Source: Parcubacteria group bacterium GW2011_GWC1_45_13 (GTDB taxonomy: Bacteria; Patescibacteriota; Minisyncoccia; UBA11713; 2-01-FULL-45-33). Taken from it: 64,000 nt of DNA. The stretch's first letter is position 1; each line of letters starts with the position of its first letter. The stretch is from positions 27,746-91,745 of the forward strand of contig LCKG01000003.1 of the NCBI GenBank assembly GCA_001001285.1, written 5' to 3'. The notes under the pieces were generated by a model. It saw only the letters and a list, made by a program, of their open reading frames with translations. It made no database searches and was not told the origin of the DNA. Made by a program: the position numbers and the translations under genes. Below, in pieces: positions 17,372 to 27,124 of this stretch.

Positions 17372-19064
17372 ATTTACTAAAATTTTCCACGCCGATCTCG
17401 AAAATATTCATCACGCTGCGCTTTGGCTGGGCTTTTTCGGGATCCTGGCCGACGTTTTAGGCCTTTTCAGGGACCGTTTTTTGGCCGGAATGTTCGGGGC
17501 CTCGCGCTCATTGGATATTTACTACGCGGCTTTCCGGGTGCCCGACTTCATTTATACTTTCATGCTGCTTTTTACGGCTTCCACGGCGATTATCCCGATA
17601 TTTTTAAAAAAGTTTGGAGAAAAAAAAGAATGGTCAGAGGAACTTTTGGGGTCGGCCGTTTTAAGTTTTTCTTTTGTTGTTTTAATTTTAAGCATTGCCG
17701 CGTTTTTTTTGATGCCTCTGATCGCCGGGCTTTCTTTGCCGGGATTTTCAAACGAGGATTTGGGCCAGACTACGTTTTTGGCCAGGATTATGCTGCTTTC
17801 GCCGATTTTTTTGGGGCTTTCAAATATTTTCTCAAGCGTCACCCAAGCTTTCCGGCGTTTTTTTGTCTACGGCCTCTCGCCGGTTTTTTATAACGTCGGC
17901 GTTATTTTAGGCATAACGGTATTTTACAGATTTTTGGGTCTCGCGGGCCTCGCTTGGGGCGTGGCTTTGGGGGCGTTTCTACATATGGCCATCCAGATTC
18001 CATCTCTCAAAAATCTTAGCATCGCGCCTAGACTCAAAAGATTCTGGAGCGCGGATTTAAAGCAGGTCGCTTGGCTTTCTTTGCCGAGAACTCTGGGCCT
18101 CTCCATCACGCAGATAACGATTTTCATTTTGACCGGCATGGCCTCGGTTTTTTCGCAGGGGAGCATTTCTATTTTCAATTTGGCTTTGAACTTGGAATAT
18201 ATTCCGGTCACTGTCATTGGGCTTTCCTACAGCGTGGCCGCTTTTCCGGATCTGGTTTCTTTTTCGCTGAAGAAAGCCCATGATCAGTTTGACAAATATT
18301 TTTCCGTGGCCATGCGGCATATTGTTTTTTGGACTCTGCCTATGTCGGTTTTGCTTTTGGTTTTGCGCGCTCAGATCGTGCGCGTGGTTTTGGGGAGCGG
18401 GGCATTCAGCTGGCCCGACACCAGGCTCACCGCGGCCGCTTTATTTATTTTGAGCTTGGCCGTGGTTTTCCAAAGCTTATTCATGCTTTTGGTACGCACT
18501 TTTTACGCCGAAGGCAAATCCTGGCGCCCGTTGATTATAAACATTGTGTCATCAATACTTTCTGTGGGTGCGGCGTTTTGGTTTGCGGCTTTGCTTGGAA
18601 GGGAGCCAGAAAGCGCGCTTGCGCGATTTTTATCGGGCGCGCTTCGTTTAAGCGACATCCCTGATATCAGAGTAATATCTTTGCCTTTGGGAATTTTGGC
18701 AGGAAGTTTGTTTAATTTTATTTTTTTATTCTTTTCTTTCAAAGCCGTCTTTGGCTGGTTCCCGACGCGAGGTATTTGGCGGACGCTGTTTCAGGTTTCC
18801 GCCGCAAGCGCCGTGGGAGGGCTCGCGGCTTATTGGGGGCTCAATATTTTTTCCAGCCTTTTTGATCTGCAGACTTTTCTGGGAATATTTTTGCAGGGAT
18901 TTTTCGCTGGCGTCTTGGGGATTTTGGCGACAATCACTCTACTTTGGATTTTGCGAAACTCGGAACTTTTTGAAATTTACCATAGCTTCAGAGCTTTCTT
19001 TTTGGAGAAAGAAAAAAGCAAAGCCGACATGGTCGCTCTCCCCGAACCGGAGAGATTACCTTAA
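17364..19064 (+). CDS. murJ: Lipid II flippase MurJ (MviN)
   Basis: 14-TM MOP-family protein. RVPDFIYTFMLLFTASTAIIPIF…ARIMLLSPIFLGLSNIFSSVTQAF are typical MurJ motifs. 566 aa. Confidence 0.8.
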   Translation: MIKFTKIFHADLENIHHAALWLGFFGILADVLGLFRDRFLAGMFGASRSLDIYYAAFRVPDFIYTFMLLFTASTAIIPIFLKKFGEKKEWSEELLGSAVLSFSFVVLILSIAAFFLMPLIAGLSLPGFSNEDLGQTTFLARIMLLSPIFLGLSNIFSSVTQAFRRFFVYGLSPVFYNVGVILGITVFYRFLGLAGLAWGVALGAFLHMAIQIPSLKNLSIAPRLKRFWSADLKQVAWLSLPRTLGLSITQITIFILTGMASVFSQGSISIFNLALNLEYIPVTVIGLSYSVAAFPDLVSFSLKKAHDQFDKYFSVAMRHIVFWTLPMSVLLLVLRAQIVRVVLGSGAFSWPDTRLTAAALFILSLAVVFQSLFMLLVRTFYAEGKSWRPLIINIVSSILSVGAAFWFAALLGREPESALARFLSGALRLSDIPDIRVISLPLGILAGSLFNFIFLFFSFKAVFGWFPTRGIWRTLFQVSAASAVGGLAAYWGLNIFSSLFDLQTFLGIFLQGFFAGVLGILATITLLWILRNSELFEIYHSFRAFFLEKEKSKADMVALPEPERLP

Positions 19065-19085
19065 TTCCGGTCCCGCCAATTACTA

Positions 19086-19114
19086 TTGACAAAACATTAT
19101 TTTGGGTGTATAAT
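19086..19114 (+). promoter_or_regulatory. Consensus sigma70 promoter TTGACA-17-TATAAT
   Basis: TTGACA at 19086..19091 and TATAAT at 19109..19114. About 100-nt leader to the ATG at 19221, which is preceded by GGAGG. Confidence 0.55.
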
Positions 19115-19220
19115 GGGATTTAGAATGATTAGTCTTTTATGCCCGGCTGTATTCCAAGAAATTGGAAGAATAGCGGCGGCCGTTTGCCTGCTTAGGTCAA
19201 AAAACGGTAATGGAGGATAT

Positions 19221-19631
19221 ATGCATCGAGCTGGAGTGCAATGGACACGTGGCCCGGAGCCACGAGTGGTAGCCGACAAAATTTCCCCATACATCTCTGA
19301 CCAATTCGGCCAATCCGTTCTTTATCGGACGGTGCGGAATTTAAACGAGGTGTATATTGATTGTGAAGAGTTCGATACTGCCGTCATACTTAGCGAACAA
19401 CTCCAAAAAGTCGTTTTCGAGAGTTTTGGATTTTTTTGCGATAGGCAGGTCGACGATAATTACATCGGGATGTTGCTTATCGAATACAAAGAGACTGTCG
19501 AGAAAGCGATCGCAGATCTGAAAGCCACAAGGTCGTGGTTTAAGGACTCTCGGATCGCGGAGATAAGATGGAGGCTCGAGAAAGTTTACATGCGTCCGGG
19601 GCCGGCAATATCCAGCAAGTCGCCGCTTTAA
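19221..19631 (+). CDS. Hypothetical protein
   Basis: Start chosen at the ATG with SD GGAGG 5 nt upstream. The ORF-track 19086 start would overlap the promoter. 136 aa. Followed by a terminator. Confidence 0.45.
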   Translation: MHRAGVQWTRGPEPRVVADKISPYISDQFGQSVLYRTVRNLNEVYIDCEEFDTAVILSEQLQKVVFESFGFFCDRQVDDNYIGMLLIEYKETVEKAIADLKATRSWFKDSRIAEIRWRLEKVYMRPGPAISSKSPL

Positions 19632-19649
19632 TAAAGAATGGTTAGAAAC

Positions 19650-19690
19650 GAGAGGGGGAGAAAAAAATCTTCTCCTCTTTTTTATTTTTT
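19650..19690 (+). terminator. Rho-independent terminator
   Basis: GGGGGAGAA-aaaaatc-TTCTCCTC followed by TTTTTTATTTTTT. Confidence 0.5.
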
Positions 19691-19712
19691 AAATCTTCTA
19701 TAAACTCTATTT

Positions 19713-21506
19713 ATGCCAAATATCAGGAATTTCTGCATAATCGCCCACATTGACCATGGAAAATCCACGCTTGCCGACAGGATGCTGGAAATTACCAATA
19801 CTATTGAAAAACGCAAAATGCGGGAACAGTTTTTAGATATGCATCCGCTTGAGAGAGAAAGGGGAATCACTATCAAAATGCAACCTGTGAGGATGAATTA
19901 TAAAAATTATATTCTTAACTTGATTGATACCCCCGGGCATATCGATTTTAACTACGAAGTATCGCGAGCGCTGGCCGCGGTGGAAGGAGCAATTTTATTG
20001 GTGGACGCGACTCAAGGCGTGGAGGCGCAGACGCTTTCAAATGTTGAACTGGCGAAATCACTTAATTTAAAAATAATTCCGGTAATCAACAAAATTGACC
20101 TTCCGCAGGCAAGAATCGCAGAGACGAAGGAAGAAATAAAAAATCTTTTTGGGGAAGTCGCCGAGAATATTTTATTGGTTTCAGCGAAAACCGGTGAGGG
20201 GGTGGAAAATCTTTTGGAAGAGATTGTTAAGAAAATTCCTTCCCCCGACTTGGACGTCGGACGTCCAAGTGGACGTCCGACGTCCTTTAACGAACCGCGG
20301 GCGTTGATTTTTGATTTTGAATATTCCGCGCACCGGGGAGTAATAGCGCATGCCAGAATCTTTGACGGAGAAATAAAAAAAGGCCTGAAGCTGAAATTAG
20401 CGGAAGCCAAAGAAATTTTTACAGTGGGCGAGGTGGGGATTTTTAAACCGGAGCTTGAAGCTAAAAACGCGCTAGCGGCGGGCGAAATCGGATATATTGT
20501 CACAGGCATCAAAGAGGCGAAAGTAGTGCGTGTTGGAGACACTATTTTGAGAGAATCCTCTGACCTGCCGGCGCTCGCTGGCTATAAAGAAATTATGCCG
20601 GTGGTTTTCTCCAGCATTTATCCGGAGGACCAAGACAGGTTTGGGGATCTAAGGCGCGCTTTGGAAAGATTAAAGCTTGTGGACAGCGCGATTTTTTTTG
20701 AGGAAGAATCCAGCGGAGTTTTGGGCCGTGGTTTTCGATGCGGATTTTTGGGGGCGCTCCATTTGGAAATTGTGGTGGAACGCCTTACCAGGGATTTTGG
20801 CGTCAAAGTTATTGCTGCTATGCCCACGGTGAAATATAAAATAAAGACCAAAAAAGGCGAATTTGAAATTTATTCGCCGCATAAATTTCCAGATGAGCAC
20901 GAGATTTTGGAAGTTTTGGAGCCTTACATAACAATAGAAATTCTTGCTCCGCCAGAAAAACTTTCCGGAATTTTGAAACTCTTGGGCGAGCATGAGGCGA
21001 AAATTTCCTCTACAACTAAATTTTCAGAATCCCGCATAAAGATAGACGGAGAGATGCCGCTTCGGGAGCTGATGCGCGATTTTTTTGACGCATTAAAAAG
21101 CGTTTCGCAAGGCTACGCTTCTTTGGGTTACGAGTTTTTGGACTCCCGGCCGGCGGATTTGGTAAAGCTGGATGTTTGGGTGGCTGAAGAAATCGTACCG
21201 GCTTTTTCAAGAATTGTTTCCCATGCTCGGCTGGAGTATGAAGCTGAGGCGGCTGTGGAGAAGCTTTATAATATTTTGCCTCGTGCGCTTTTTTCTTTAA
21301 AAATTCAGGCGAAAGCCCAGGGGAGAATTTTGGCATCTAGGTCTCTAAAAGCCATGAGCAAAGACGTAACGGGGTATCTTTACGGCGGCGACAGGAGCCG
21401 TAAAATGAAACTTTGGAAAAAACAAAAAGAAGGCAAAAAAAGACTTGGCGCCCGTGCGGATTACAATATCCCGCCGGAAGTCTATTTGAAGATGATTAGG
21501 AAATAA
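19713..21506 (+). CDS. lepA: Elongation factor 4 (LepA)
   Basis: IAHIDHGKSTLADR…DTPGHIDF…NKID plus the LepA-specific C-terminal domain (…GGDRSRKMKLWKKQKEGKKR…). Carries a roughly 13-aa palindromic insert (see findings). Confidence 0.95.
   Translation: MPNIRNFCIIAHIDHGKSTLADRMLEITNTIEKRKMREQFLDMHPLERERGITIKMQPVRMNYKNYILNLIDTPGHIDFNYEVSRALAAVEGAILLVDATQGVEAQTLSNVELAKSLNLKIIPVINKIDLPQARIAETKEEIKNLFGEVAENILLVSAKTGEGVENLLEEIVKKIPSPDLDVGRPSGRPTSFNEPRALIFDFEYSAHRGVIAHARIFDGEIKKGLKLKLAEAKEIFTVGEVGIFKPELEAKNALAAGEIGYIVTGIKEAKVVRVGDTILRESSDLPALAGYKEIMPVVFSSIYPEDQDRFGDLRRALERLKLVDSAIFFEEESSGVLGRGFRCGFLGALHLEIVVERLTRDFGVKVIAAMPTVKYKIKTKKGEFEIYSPHKFPDEHEILEVLEPYITIEILAPPEKLSGILKLLGEHEAKISSTTKFSESRIKIDGEMPLRELMRDFFDALKSVSQGYASLGYEFLDSRPADLVKLDVWVAEEIVPAFSRIVSHARLEYEAEAAVEKLYNILPRALFSLKIQAKAQGRILASRSLKAMSKDVTGYLYGGDRSRKMKLWKKQKEGKKRLGARADYNIPPEVYLKMIRK
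20252..20285 (+). repeat. Perfect 15-bp inverted repeat (GGACGTCGGACGTCC aagt GGACGTCCGACGTCC) inside lepA coding sequence
   Basis: Seen directly. Four GACGTC hexamers. Encodes LDVGRPSGRPTSF, absent from canonical LepA at this position. Confidence 0.8.
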
Positions 21507-21632
21507 GCCGAAATTTCTAAAGGTAGGGAACAATGAGGAAGGACAGCATGGCGATGACGGCGATTACCGTGATGGCGTTCCAGACAATTTTGGCTTTTTT
21601 TGAGGCGAATTTCATGTTAAAAATATAGTAGC

Positions 21633-22025
21633 ATGGCGTTTAATGATTTTAAAGAAAGCAAAGAGGTTGAGCGGGCGGTTTTTTCCTGGCCGGTAATATT
21701 TATCGCGGGGCTTCTGGTAATCGCGGCATTGTGGGGAATTTTCCGGGCTTTGGAAAAAGAGTTGGCTTTGAGGGGAGAAATTAAAACTTTGGAGAAAAAA
21801 ATTGTGGAAGCGGATTCCGTCAGGGCGGGTTTTCAGGCCAAGGTGGAAGATTTGCGCACCGAGGCTGGTTTGGACCGGGAGGCCAGGGGAAAGTTTAATT
21901 TAAAAAAACCAGGCGAAGAAGTAGTGATTTTTCTGGACGATGCATCCCAAACCGAGTCATCGGGGCTAACTGGGGGTTGGCTGGCGTCTTTATGGTCGGC
22001 AGTGAAGGGCGGACTCGGTTTTTAA
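21633..22025 (+). CDS. Septum formation initiator (FtsB/DivIC-like) protein
   Basis: N-terminal TM, a coiled coil, and the conserved C-terminal LDREARGKFNLKKPGEEVVIF motif of the FtsB/DivIC family. Confidence 0.6.
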   Translation: MAFNDFKESKEVERAVFSWPVIFIAGLLVIAALWGIFRALEKELALRGEIKTLEKKIVEADSVRAGFQAKVEDLRTEAGLDREARGKFNLKKPGEEVVIFLDDASQTESSGLTGGWLASLWSAVKGGLGF

Positions 22026-22028
22026 AAA

Positions 22029-22622
22029 ATGCCGGAAATTTTCACAAAAAAGAATATAACGATTTTACTCACTGTTTTATTTCTGGGAGCTGTTATATAC
22101 ATAAGCTTCGGATTTTTGCCGGTTCTTAAAGTTGAGGGGACATCGGTGAGCTATTCAGAATTTCAAAAAGTTTACGGCGCGATCGGCTCTTTTGACAAGA
22201 TTTCCAGAAAACCTGACCCTGCAGGTGGCGGTGGGAACAGCGCGGCGCCGGAAGAGATGAAAAAAATGGCTCTGGAAAGCATTATAGAAAGTAGGCTATT
22301 GGACGAACTGATAAAAGAAGCAAATCCGGAGCTCGCGAAAAAAGCCGAAGAGATTCTGCAAAAAACATTGCTGGAAAATAAAAATTTGTCTTTAGACGAG
22401 GCTTCCAAGATCCTTTACGGGATTTCAGCGGCTGATTTTCAAAAATTGGTTTTATTGCCGCAGGCAAAAAAAGATGCGCTGACGGATTATTACGAATCCA
22501 ATCCGGAGCGCCTGGCCGACCTCTGGACGGCACTCCTAAAAAGCGCTAAAGTGCAAATCTACTACCCGGGATTTTACTGGGAGAACGGAGAAGTTCACCC
22601 CGTTAGAGATTCATCACGCTGA
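22029..22622 (+). CDS. Hypothetical membrane-anchored protein (SurA-N-like?)
   Basis: N-terminal TM then a helical domain. Stop overlaps the start of the next gene (TGATGA). Confidence 0.5.
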   Translation: MPEIFTKKNITILLTVLFLGAVIYISFGFLPVLKVEGTSVSYSEFQKVYGAIGSFDKISRKPDPAGGGGNSAAPEEMKKMALESIIESRLLDELIKEANPELAKKAEEILQKTLLENKNLSLDEASKILYGISAADFQKLVLLPQAKKDALTDYYESNPERLADLWTALLKSAKVQIYYPGFYWENGEVHPVRDSSR

Positions 22623-22882
22623 TGATTTATACTTATGTCATAAAAAGCAGGAAAGATGGCAAATGGTATGCTGGGTCAACCAATGATTTACGGAAGCGTT
22701 TTAACGATCATAATCGTGGACAAGTTTTTTCCACAAAAGGAAGGAGACCGTTTGAGTTGATATACTATGAAGCTTGTTTGGACGACCATGATGCTCGAGT
22801 ACGCGAAAAGTATTTAAAATCAGGCCCAGGCAAAAGATACTTGAAAAATAGATTAAAACGCTCCCTATCTCTAACGGGGTAA
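22622..22882 (+). CDS. GIY-YIG nuclease superfamily protein (YhbQ/UPF0213-like)
   Basis: YTYVIKS…GKWYAGSTNDLRKRFNDHN…ELIYYE carries the GIY…YxG…R…H…E signature. 86 aa. Confidence 0.75.
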   Translation: MIYTYVIKSRKDGKWYAGSTNDLRKRFNDHNRGQVFSTKGRRPFELIYYEACLDDHDARVREKYLKSGPGKRYLKNRLKRSLSLTG

Positions 22883-22893
22883 AAATTGAATAA

Positions 22894-22964
22894 GCGGGTA
22901 TGGTTTAATGGCAGAATGATTGCTTCCCAAGCAATAGATCGGGGTTCGATTCCCCGTACCCGCA
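22894..22964 (+). tRNA. tRNA-Gly (anticodon CCC)
   Basis: Cloverleaf: acceptor GCGGGTA/TACCCGC, anticodon loop TTCCCAA, T-arm CGGGG-TTCGATT-CCCCG. No encoded CCA. Confidence 0.85.
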
Positions 22965-23041
22965 TAAAAAATAAACGGACTTGCGCAAAACTATTTTATG
23001 TGCTAAGGTCTTGATAGAATTTTGAGCAAGGGAGGAACGAT

Positions 23042-24274
23042 ATGTACTCTTTTTTCACAACGGTGCTGAAGCGCCTGATTGTATTTTTGGCTGTTTTGCT
23101 CTGCTGGTTGCGGATTTCCGGAGCCGCGGAGTTTACGCCGGAGCTTTTGGAGAAAAAATCGCTGGTTTGCAGAGAAGTTCTTAAAACTAAACCAGTTCAT
23201 TATTACACGTTCCGAGGCGCTGTGGTGGCAAAAGAAATTGTGCTGTGTGCGTATTCTTTATCGACCGACAGAGTTGAGACGGTAAGCATTAAGAGCGGCA
23301 TTTCCGGCAACCAAGCAACGCTCGCTTTTAATGTTTTAACGCCCGGCTATCGGATTGAGCGCGTGCGTGGGCAGGGGATTACGCATTTTTATTTCAAAAT
23401 CTCCGGCCGCGGCGGGGAAGAGTTAATTTTGCTGGACGGCAGGCATCTTGATCTTGAAACCAAAAAAAGCCTGTTTTATTTCCCTTTTGACAACATTTTT
23501 TTGAGCAAAAAATCGGCTTCCCGCGGATACAGATTTTTGCTTGACGTAATTACTTTCGCGCAAAACGAGATTTGCGCGCTTGGGGTGAAATCCCGCGCGT
23601 ATCCAGGAAGCATGCTTTGCGAGCTTTTCAACGATCGCTTCATCGCCACTCTGATTTTCATTGAGCAGGCGGACGACGGAGAGTTTTTTAACAAATGCCC
23701 GGCTCTGGAAAGTTTGCCGCTGGCGGAAAACCGGGTTTATGCAAATTGCCCGGAATACGCGATTTTTAAGACATTGACTCATATAGACAGGAACCGGGAA
23801 AAAGCATATAGCGCCGTGGCAAGCCGGAAAGGCGCTCGGGGCATCACGCAGTTTATGAACACTAAACAATACCCGACTTATGGCGAAACCGTGCGCGATT
23901 ATCCTGAAGCGAATTTAATTCCGGATTACAGGATCGGCAGCAGTGAAATGCGGAATGCCGTAAAAGCCACAATTTGCTACTTGGATAAAATTTTGCGGCG
24001 GCTTCCTCAATCGGCGCGCGAAGAATTCCGTGATGACTTTATCTTTGGAGGACTTTTCCTTATAACTGGCTATAACGGCGGGCCGGAAAAAGCAAAGTCG
24101 CTTTATCACGCTTTCCACGGGCTTTCAAAAAATAACTGGAAAGCACTTGAAATTAGTGAATTTAAACCGGGAAAAACCGTCCGGAGGGAGACGGCGGGCT
24201 ATATAGAAAAGTATCTCTTTTCCTGGCCGGTCATAGAGAAATTGGATAGGTGGCTTTCGGAAGGGCAATATTGA
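23042..24274 (+). CDS. Secreted lytic transglycosylase (SLT) domain-containing protein
   Basis: Signal peptide. C-terminal …SRKGARGITQFMNTKQYPTYGE… resembles the SLT GLMQ-type motif. Confidence 0.5.
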   Translation: MYSFFTTVLKRLIVFLAVLLCWLRISGAAEFTPELLEKKSLVCREVLKTKPVHYYTFRGAVVAKEIVLCAYSLSTDRVETVSIKSGISGNQATLAFNVLTPGYRIERVRGQGITHFYFKISGRGGEELILLDGRHLDLETKKSLFYFPFDNIFLSKKSASRGYRFLLDVITFAQNEICALGVKSRAYPGSMLCELFNDRFIATLIFIEQADDGEFFNKCPALESLPLAENRVYANCPEYAIFKTLTHIDRNREKAYSAVASRKGARGITQFMNTKQYPTYGETVRDYPEANLIPDYRIGSSEMRNAVKATICYLDKILRRLPQSAREEFRDDFIFGGLFLITGYNGGPEKAKSLYHAFHGLSKNNWKALEISEFKPGKTVRRETAGYIEKYLFSWPVIEKLDRWLSEGQY

Positions 24275-24293
24275 TTGCCCTTTTTCTTTTTTA

Positions 24294-24365
24294 AGCCACC
24301 CGTCGGATTTGAACCGACAACCTATCGCTTACGAAGCGATTGCTCTGCCGTTGAGCTAGGGTGGC
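24294..24365 (-). tRNA. tRNA-Thr (anticodon CGT)
   Basis: Reverse complement folds: GCCACCC…anticodon loop TTCGTAA…T-arm GTCGG-TTCAAAT-CCGAC…GGGTGGC. Confidence 0.85.
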
Positions 24366-24436
24366 CCACTTGGACTTGCCGAGGTCAGCACTCTTCTTTT
24401 CTAGCATTTTTTTTGATTTTGTGCTACTGTAAAATC

Positions 24437-25484
24437 GTGGAAGCTAAAGACAAAAAATACTTAGAGGACTTGACAATCAGGATCCGCCGTGCGGCGGACC
24501 GTCTTTGACTTGCGTAGCCAGAAAGAAAATCTTCTGAAATTGGAAAGCGAGGCCAGCCGCGTCGGTTTTTGGGATGACAACGAAAAGGCGCAAAAAGTAA
24601 CAAAGGAAATAGCGGGGCTTAAAGAAATCGTATCTTCGTGGGAGAAAATTTTGATGGATGCCGGAAATTTGACGGACTTGAGCGAAGCTTATGCTTTGGA
24701 AAGAAAATTTCAGGAACTGGAAAGAAACCAACTTTTTTTCGGAAAATACGACAAGGGCAGCGCCTTACTGCAAATTTTCGCGGGTGCTGGTGGGGACGAC
24801 GCCGAAGACTGGGCAAGAATTTTATTTCAAATGTATGAAAAATTTTCCGCGCGCCGTGGCTGGGATTTTAAAATTGTGCATAATCATCCCAATGAATTTG
24901 GGGGGATAAAAAACGCCGCGGCTCTAATTGAAGGGAAGTTCGTCTACGGCTATTTAAAAAAAGAATACGGCGTGCACCGCTTGGTGCGGATATCGCCTTA
25001 CGACGCCAATAAAAGGCGGCACACCTCTTTCGCGCTGGTAGAAATTTTGCCGGAAATTACCGACCCGGAAGAAATACCCATTAAAGAAGACGACTTGGAA
25101 ATTACTTTTGCTAGAGCCGGCGGACCAGGCGGGCAGAATGTAAATAAACGGGAGACGGCCGTCCGCGTTTTGCACAAGCCCACGGGGCTCACGGCGCACG
25201 CGAGTTCGGAGAGAACCCAGCAGGCCAACAGAAAACACGCCTTGAATATTTTACGCGCCAAGCTTTATGAATTGGAAATTAAAAAAACGGAGTCGGAGAG
25301 GAAAGAGGTGAGGGGCGGGAAAATTCCGCAGATAGAATGGGGCCACCAGATCCGCTCCTACGTTTTTCATCCTTATCAAATGGTAAAGGACCACCGCACC
25401 GGGTTTGAAACGGCCGATGTGGAGGGGGTACTTGCGGGCGGGCTGGAAAATATTGTAGAATCAGAATTAAATGATTTATTTTGA
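24437..25484 (+). CDS. prfB: Peptide chain release factor 2 with programmed +1 frameshift
   Basis: Frame 0 (GTG 24437) encodes …[14 protein letters not shown] and ends at CTT TGA C (24503..24509), the classical RF2 shift site. The +1 frame continues [13 protein letters not shown]…, with the SPF-type motif [16 protein letters not shown] and GGQ ([10 protein letters not shown]). Confidence 0.85.
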
Positions 25485-26151
25485 TAAAGTTTCCAAAGTC
25501 TATTCTCCAACCTCAATCGCTCTTGAGGATGTTTCTTTTACCATTGCCCCAAATGAATTTATTTCAATAGTGGGCCAGTCAGGAGCTGGAAAATCCACGC
25601 TTTTAAAATTGCTTTTGGTAGAAGACTGGCCCACTTCTGGCAAGGTTTTTTTTGAATCAAATGATGTGCATGCCATACCCAAAGAAGATCTTCCGTTAAT
25701 CCGCAGGCGGATGGGCGTAGTCTTTCAAGACTATCGGCTGCTTCCGCAAAAAACCGCTTATGAAAATGTGGCTTTCGCACTGGAGGCGGGCGGAAAAGAA
25801 GACGACGATATCAAACACGATGTGCCGCAGGTTTTGGAGCTGGTGGGTTTGATGGACAAGGCCTGGCATTTCCCGCACGAGCTTTCTGGCGGAGAAAAAC
25901 AGCGCGTAGCCATTGCCAGGGCGATTGTCTCTCGGCCGGACGTGGTGATAGCAGACGAACCCACCGGAAATTTGGACCCCTTGAATACCTTGGAAATAAT
26001 CCGCCTTTTGGAAAAAGTAAATGATTTAGGAACCATGGTTATCTTGGCTACGCACGACAAAGAAATAATAAATTCTCTGAAACGCCGGGTGGTTACGCTA
26101 GAGAAAGGCAGGTTGGTAAGAGACGAGCAGAGAGGGAGGTATGTGCTTTAA
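25471..26151 (+). CDS. ftsE: Cell division ATP-binding protein FtsE
   Basis: Walker [26 protein letters not shown], Walker [13 protein letters not shown]. Adjacent to ftsX. Confidence 0.9.
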   Translation: MIYFDKVSKVYSPTSIALEDVSFTIAPNEFISIVGQSGAGKSTLLKLLLVEDWPTSGKVFFESNDVHAIPKEDLPLIRRRMGVVFQDYRLLPQKTAYENVAFALEAGGKEDDDIKHDVPQVLELVGLMDKAWHFPHELSGGEKQRVAIARAIVSRPDVVIADEPTGNLDPLNTLEIIRLLEKVNDLGTMVILATHDKEIINSLKRRVVTLEKGRLVRDEQRGRYVL

Positions 26152-26178
26152 TGCGTATCTTCATGTTATAATTAATCC

Positions 26179-27117
26179 ATGGCGATGGATAAGATAACTT
26201 TTCGGAGGATTTTAAAGTGGGGTTTTTTGAGTTTTTTTAGGAACGGCGTAGTAAGCGCGGCGACTGTTCTGGTAATATCTCTGTCTATTTTTATGATAGG
26301 TGCGGTGGTTGTGGGTAGCACGTTTCTTTCCGGCATCATTTCTTCTTTGGAAGAAAAAGTGGATGTCAGCGCTTATTTTAAAACCAGCGCACCGGAGGCG
26401 CGGATTTTATCGTTAAAAAAAGATTTGGAGGCATTGCCCGAAGTGCGCGCCGTGAAATACATTTCGGCCGATGAAGCCTTGCTGGCTTTTCGCGAGAGAC
26501 ACGCCGGGGACGATGCCATTTTACAGTCTTTGGAAGTGGTTGGCGCCAATCCTTTTTCTTCGAGCCTGGAAATTAAAGCCAGGGACCCATCAAAATACGA
26601 CGCCATCAGTAAGTTTCTGGAAAAAGGGTCTTATGGTGATATTTTGGACGCCGACTCTTCTGGGCAGAAAAAAATAACTTACCGCCAAAACCAATTTGTG
26701 ATTGACCGATTATCTTCATTGCTTTCCACATCGCGCCGAATCGGTTTTGCTGTAAGTTTGATTTTGGCCGTTATCGCTTTGATGGTGGCTTACAGCACTG
26801 TGAGATTGGCCATTTATAATTCCAGAGACGAAATTTCGGTAATGCAGTTGGTGGGCGCGTCCCGCGCTTTTATTCGGGGGCCGTTTTTGGTGGAAGGCGT
26901 AATTCACGGCATCATCGCTTCTTTTTTTACTTTAGTTTTGCTTTATCCGGCTTTTTGGCTGATTGGCAAAAAAACATCCGTGCTTTTCGGTGGGATTAAC
27001 ATTTTTCAATATTTTGTTTCCAATATATTTCAGATATTTTTTATATTGCTGGTTGCCGGCGTGCTTTTAGGCGTTTTGTCGGCTTACATCGCCATACGCC
27101 GGTATCTCAAAGTTTGA
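26179..27117 (+). CDS. ftsX: Cell division protein FtsX (permease-like)
   Basis: Four TM helices with a large periplasmic loop. Lies downstream of ftsE. Confidence 0.85.
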   Translation: MAMDKITFRRILKWGFLSFFRNGVVSAATVLVISLSIFMIGAVVVGSTFLSGIISSLEEKVDVSAYFKTSAPEARILSLKKDLEALPEVRAVKYISADEALLAFRERHAGDDAILQSLEVVGANPFSSSLEIKARDPSKYDAISKFLEKGSYGDILDADSSGQKKITYRQNQFVIDRLSSLLSTSRRIGFAVSLILAVIALMVAYSTVRLAIYNSRDEISVMQLVGASRAFIRGPFLVEGVIHGIIASFFTLVLLYPAFWLIGKKTSVLFGGINIFQYFVSNIFQIFFILLVAGVLLGVLSAYIAIRRYLKV

Positions 27118-27124
27118 TTTAGTT

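Noticed and set aside
21521-21619. Minus-strand 32-aa ORF MKFASKKAKIVWNAITVIAVIAMLSFLIVPYL between lepA and the ftsB-like gene
   Set aside because: Attractive small TM peptide, but without conservation or RBS evidence it cannot be distinguished from chance.
24275-24508. ORF-track gene MPFFFFKPPVGFEPTTY…
   Set aside because: The 5' two-thirds overlaps tRNA-Thr on the opposite strand. Only the last ~24 codons are real, as the frame-0 N-terminus of prfB before the programmed frameshift.
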